From NCBI GenBank assembly GCA_964016885.1, contig OZ024762.1:18352001-18416000 (forward strand): a DNA stretch of 64,000 bases, in the 5' to 3' direction. The notes under the pieces are model-generated. The model ran no database searches. It was not told where the DNA came from and saw only the letters and a list, made by a program, of their open reading frames with translations. This DNA is from Eledone cirrhosa. Its lineage: Eukaryota. Of the stretch, positions 63,059-64,000 are shown in pieces (within the stretch, counting starts at the first letter, position 1; each line of letters starts with the position of its first letter). The position numbers and the translations under genes are program-made.

Positions 63059-63920
63059 CATACATACATACATACATACATACATACATACATACATACA
63101 TACATACATACATACATACATACATGATGGCTTCCCCCTCGTTATCGAGTATGGCCATTGCACGAGAAAAAAAAAATAATAACAATAATAATAACAACAA
63201 TAATAATAACGACAACAACAACAATAATAATATACATATATATATACACAACACACAATCGCACACACATAAACATATCTATACACACACACACACGATA
63301 GCAATTAACAGCGCTGCGATCGAATGTGGCTTTTTAGCCCAGCCAATGGTCTAAAATGTTTTGCACTGAGTCGGCAACCAAAACATTCACTGGGAATAGT
63401 CGGCTGTGGTTGGAGTTCATACATATATGCATACATACATACATACGTATATATATACATACATATATACATAAATATATTGGGGTACATACAACCTTCT
63501 CGACACACGCCCGCATACGTACAAACATGCATACATAAATACGTAAAAACATACACATATACATACATACATACATACATATGCAGACATCATGCACACA
63601 CATATACATACATACATATACAGACACATGCACACACACATACATACATGCACACACACATGCACACGCATACACACATGCACACACATACACACACACA
63701 CACGCATACACACACATGCACACGCATACACACACTTACACATACAAACTTACACTTACACATACACACATGCACACACATACACACACTTACGCATACA
63801 AACTTACACTTACACATACACACACATACATACACACACACACACATACAAACACATACACTTACACATACACACACTTACACACATACATACACAACAC
63901 ACACACGCATGCACATACTT

Positions 63921-63953
<33 letters not shown>

Positions 63954-64000
63954 TGTACACACACTTACACATACAGAGCAACACACATACAAGCTAGAGA

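Overview
Eukaryotic, AT-rich animal genomic DNA full of microsatellites. The SINE, RTE and Penelope-type repeat content suggests an Octopus-like cephalopod, which is an inference. The main feature is the 5' part of a PAS-domain serine/threonine kinase gene (PASK) on the minus strand. I assembled 12 coding exons with consistent GT-AG boundaries and phases, from ATG at 57811 down to position 43 (3160 nt, about 1053 codons). The kinase-domain exons must lie beyond the left edge. The introns carry: a full-length L1/Tx1-type LINE with both ORFs intact (about 35351-41146), flanked by a 117-bp perfect direct repeat; many RTE fragments; tRNA-derived SINEs; Helitron, hAT and piggyBac MITEs; and several minisatellites. 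A decayed mariner lies upstream of the gene. The most interesting non-coding signal is a set of (TA)n-embedded inverted repeats carrying type I hammerhead ribozyme cores of the Penelope-associated kind. These include one inverted pair with intact cores (56602-56789) and several fold-back palindromes centred on what would be hammerhead helix II. Most other ORFs in the track are translations of simple repeats.
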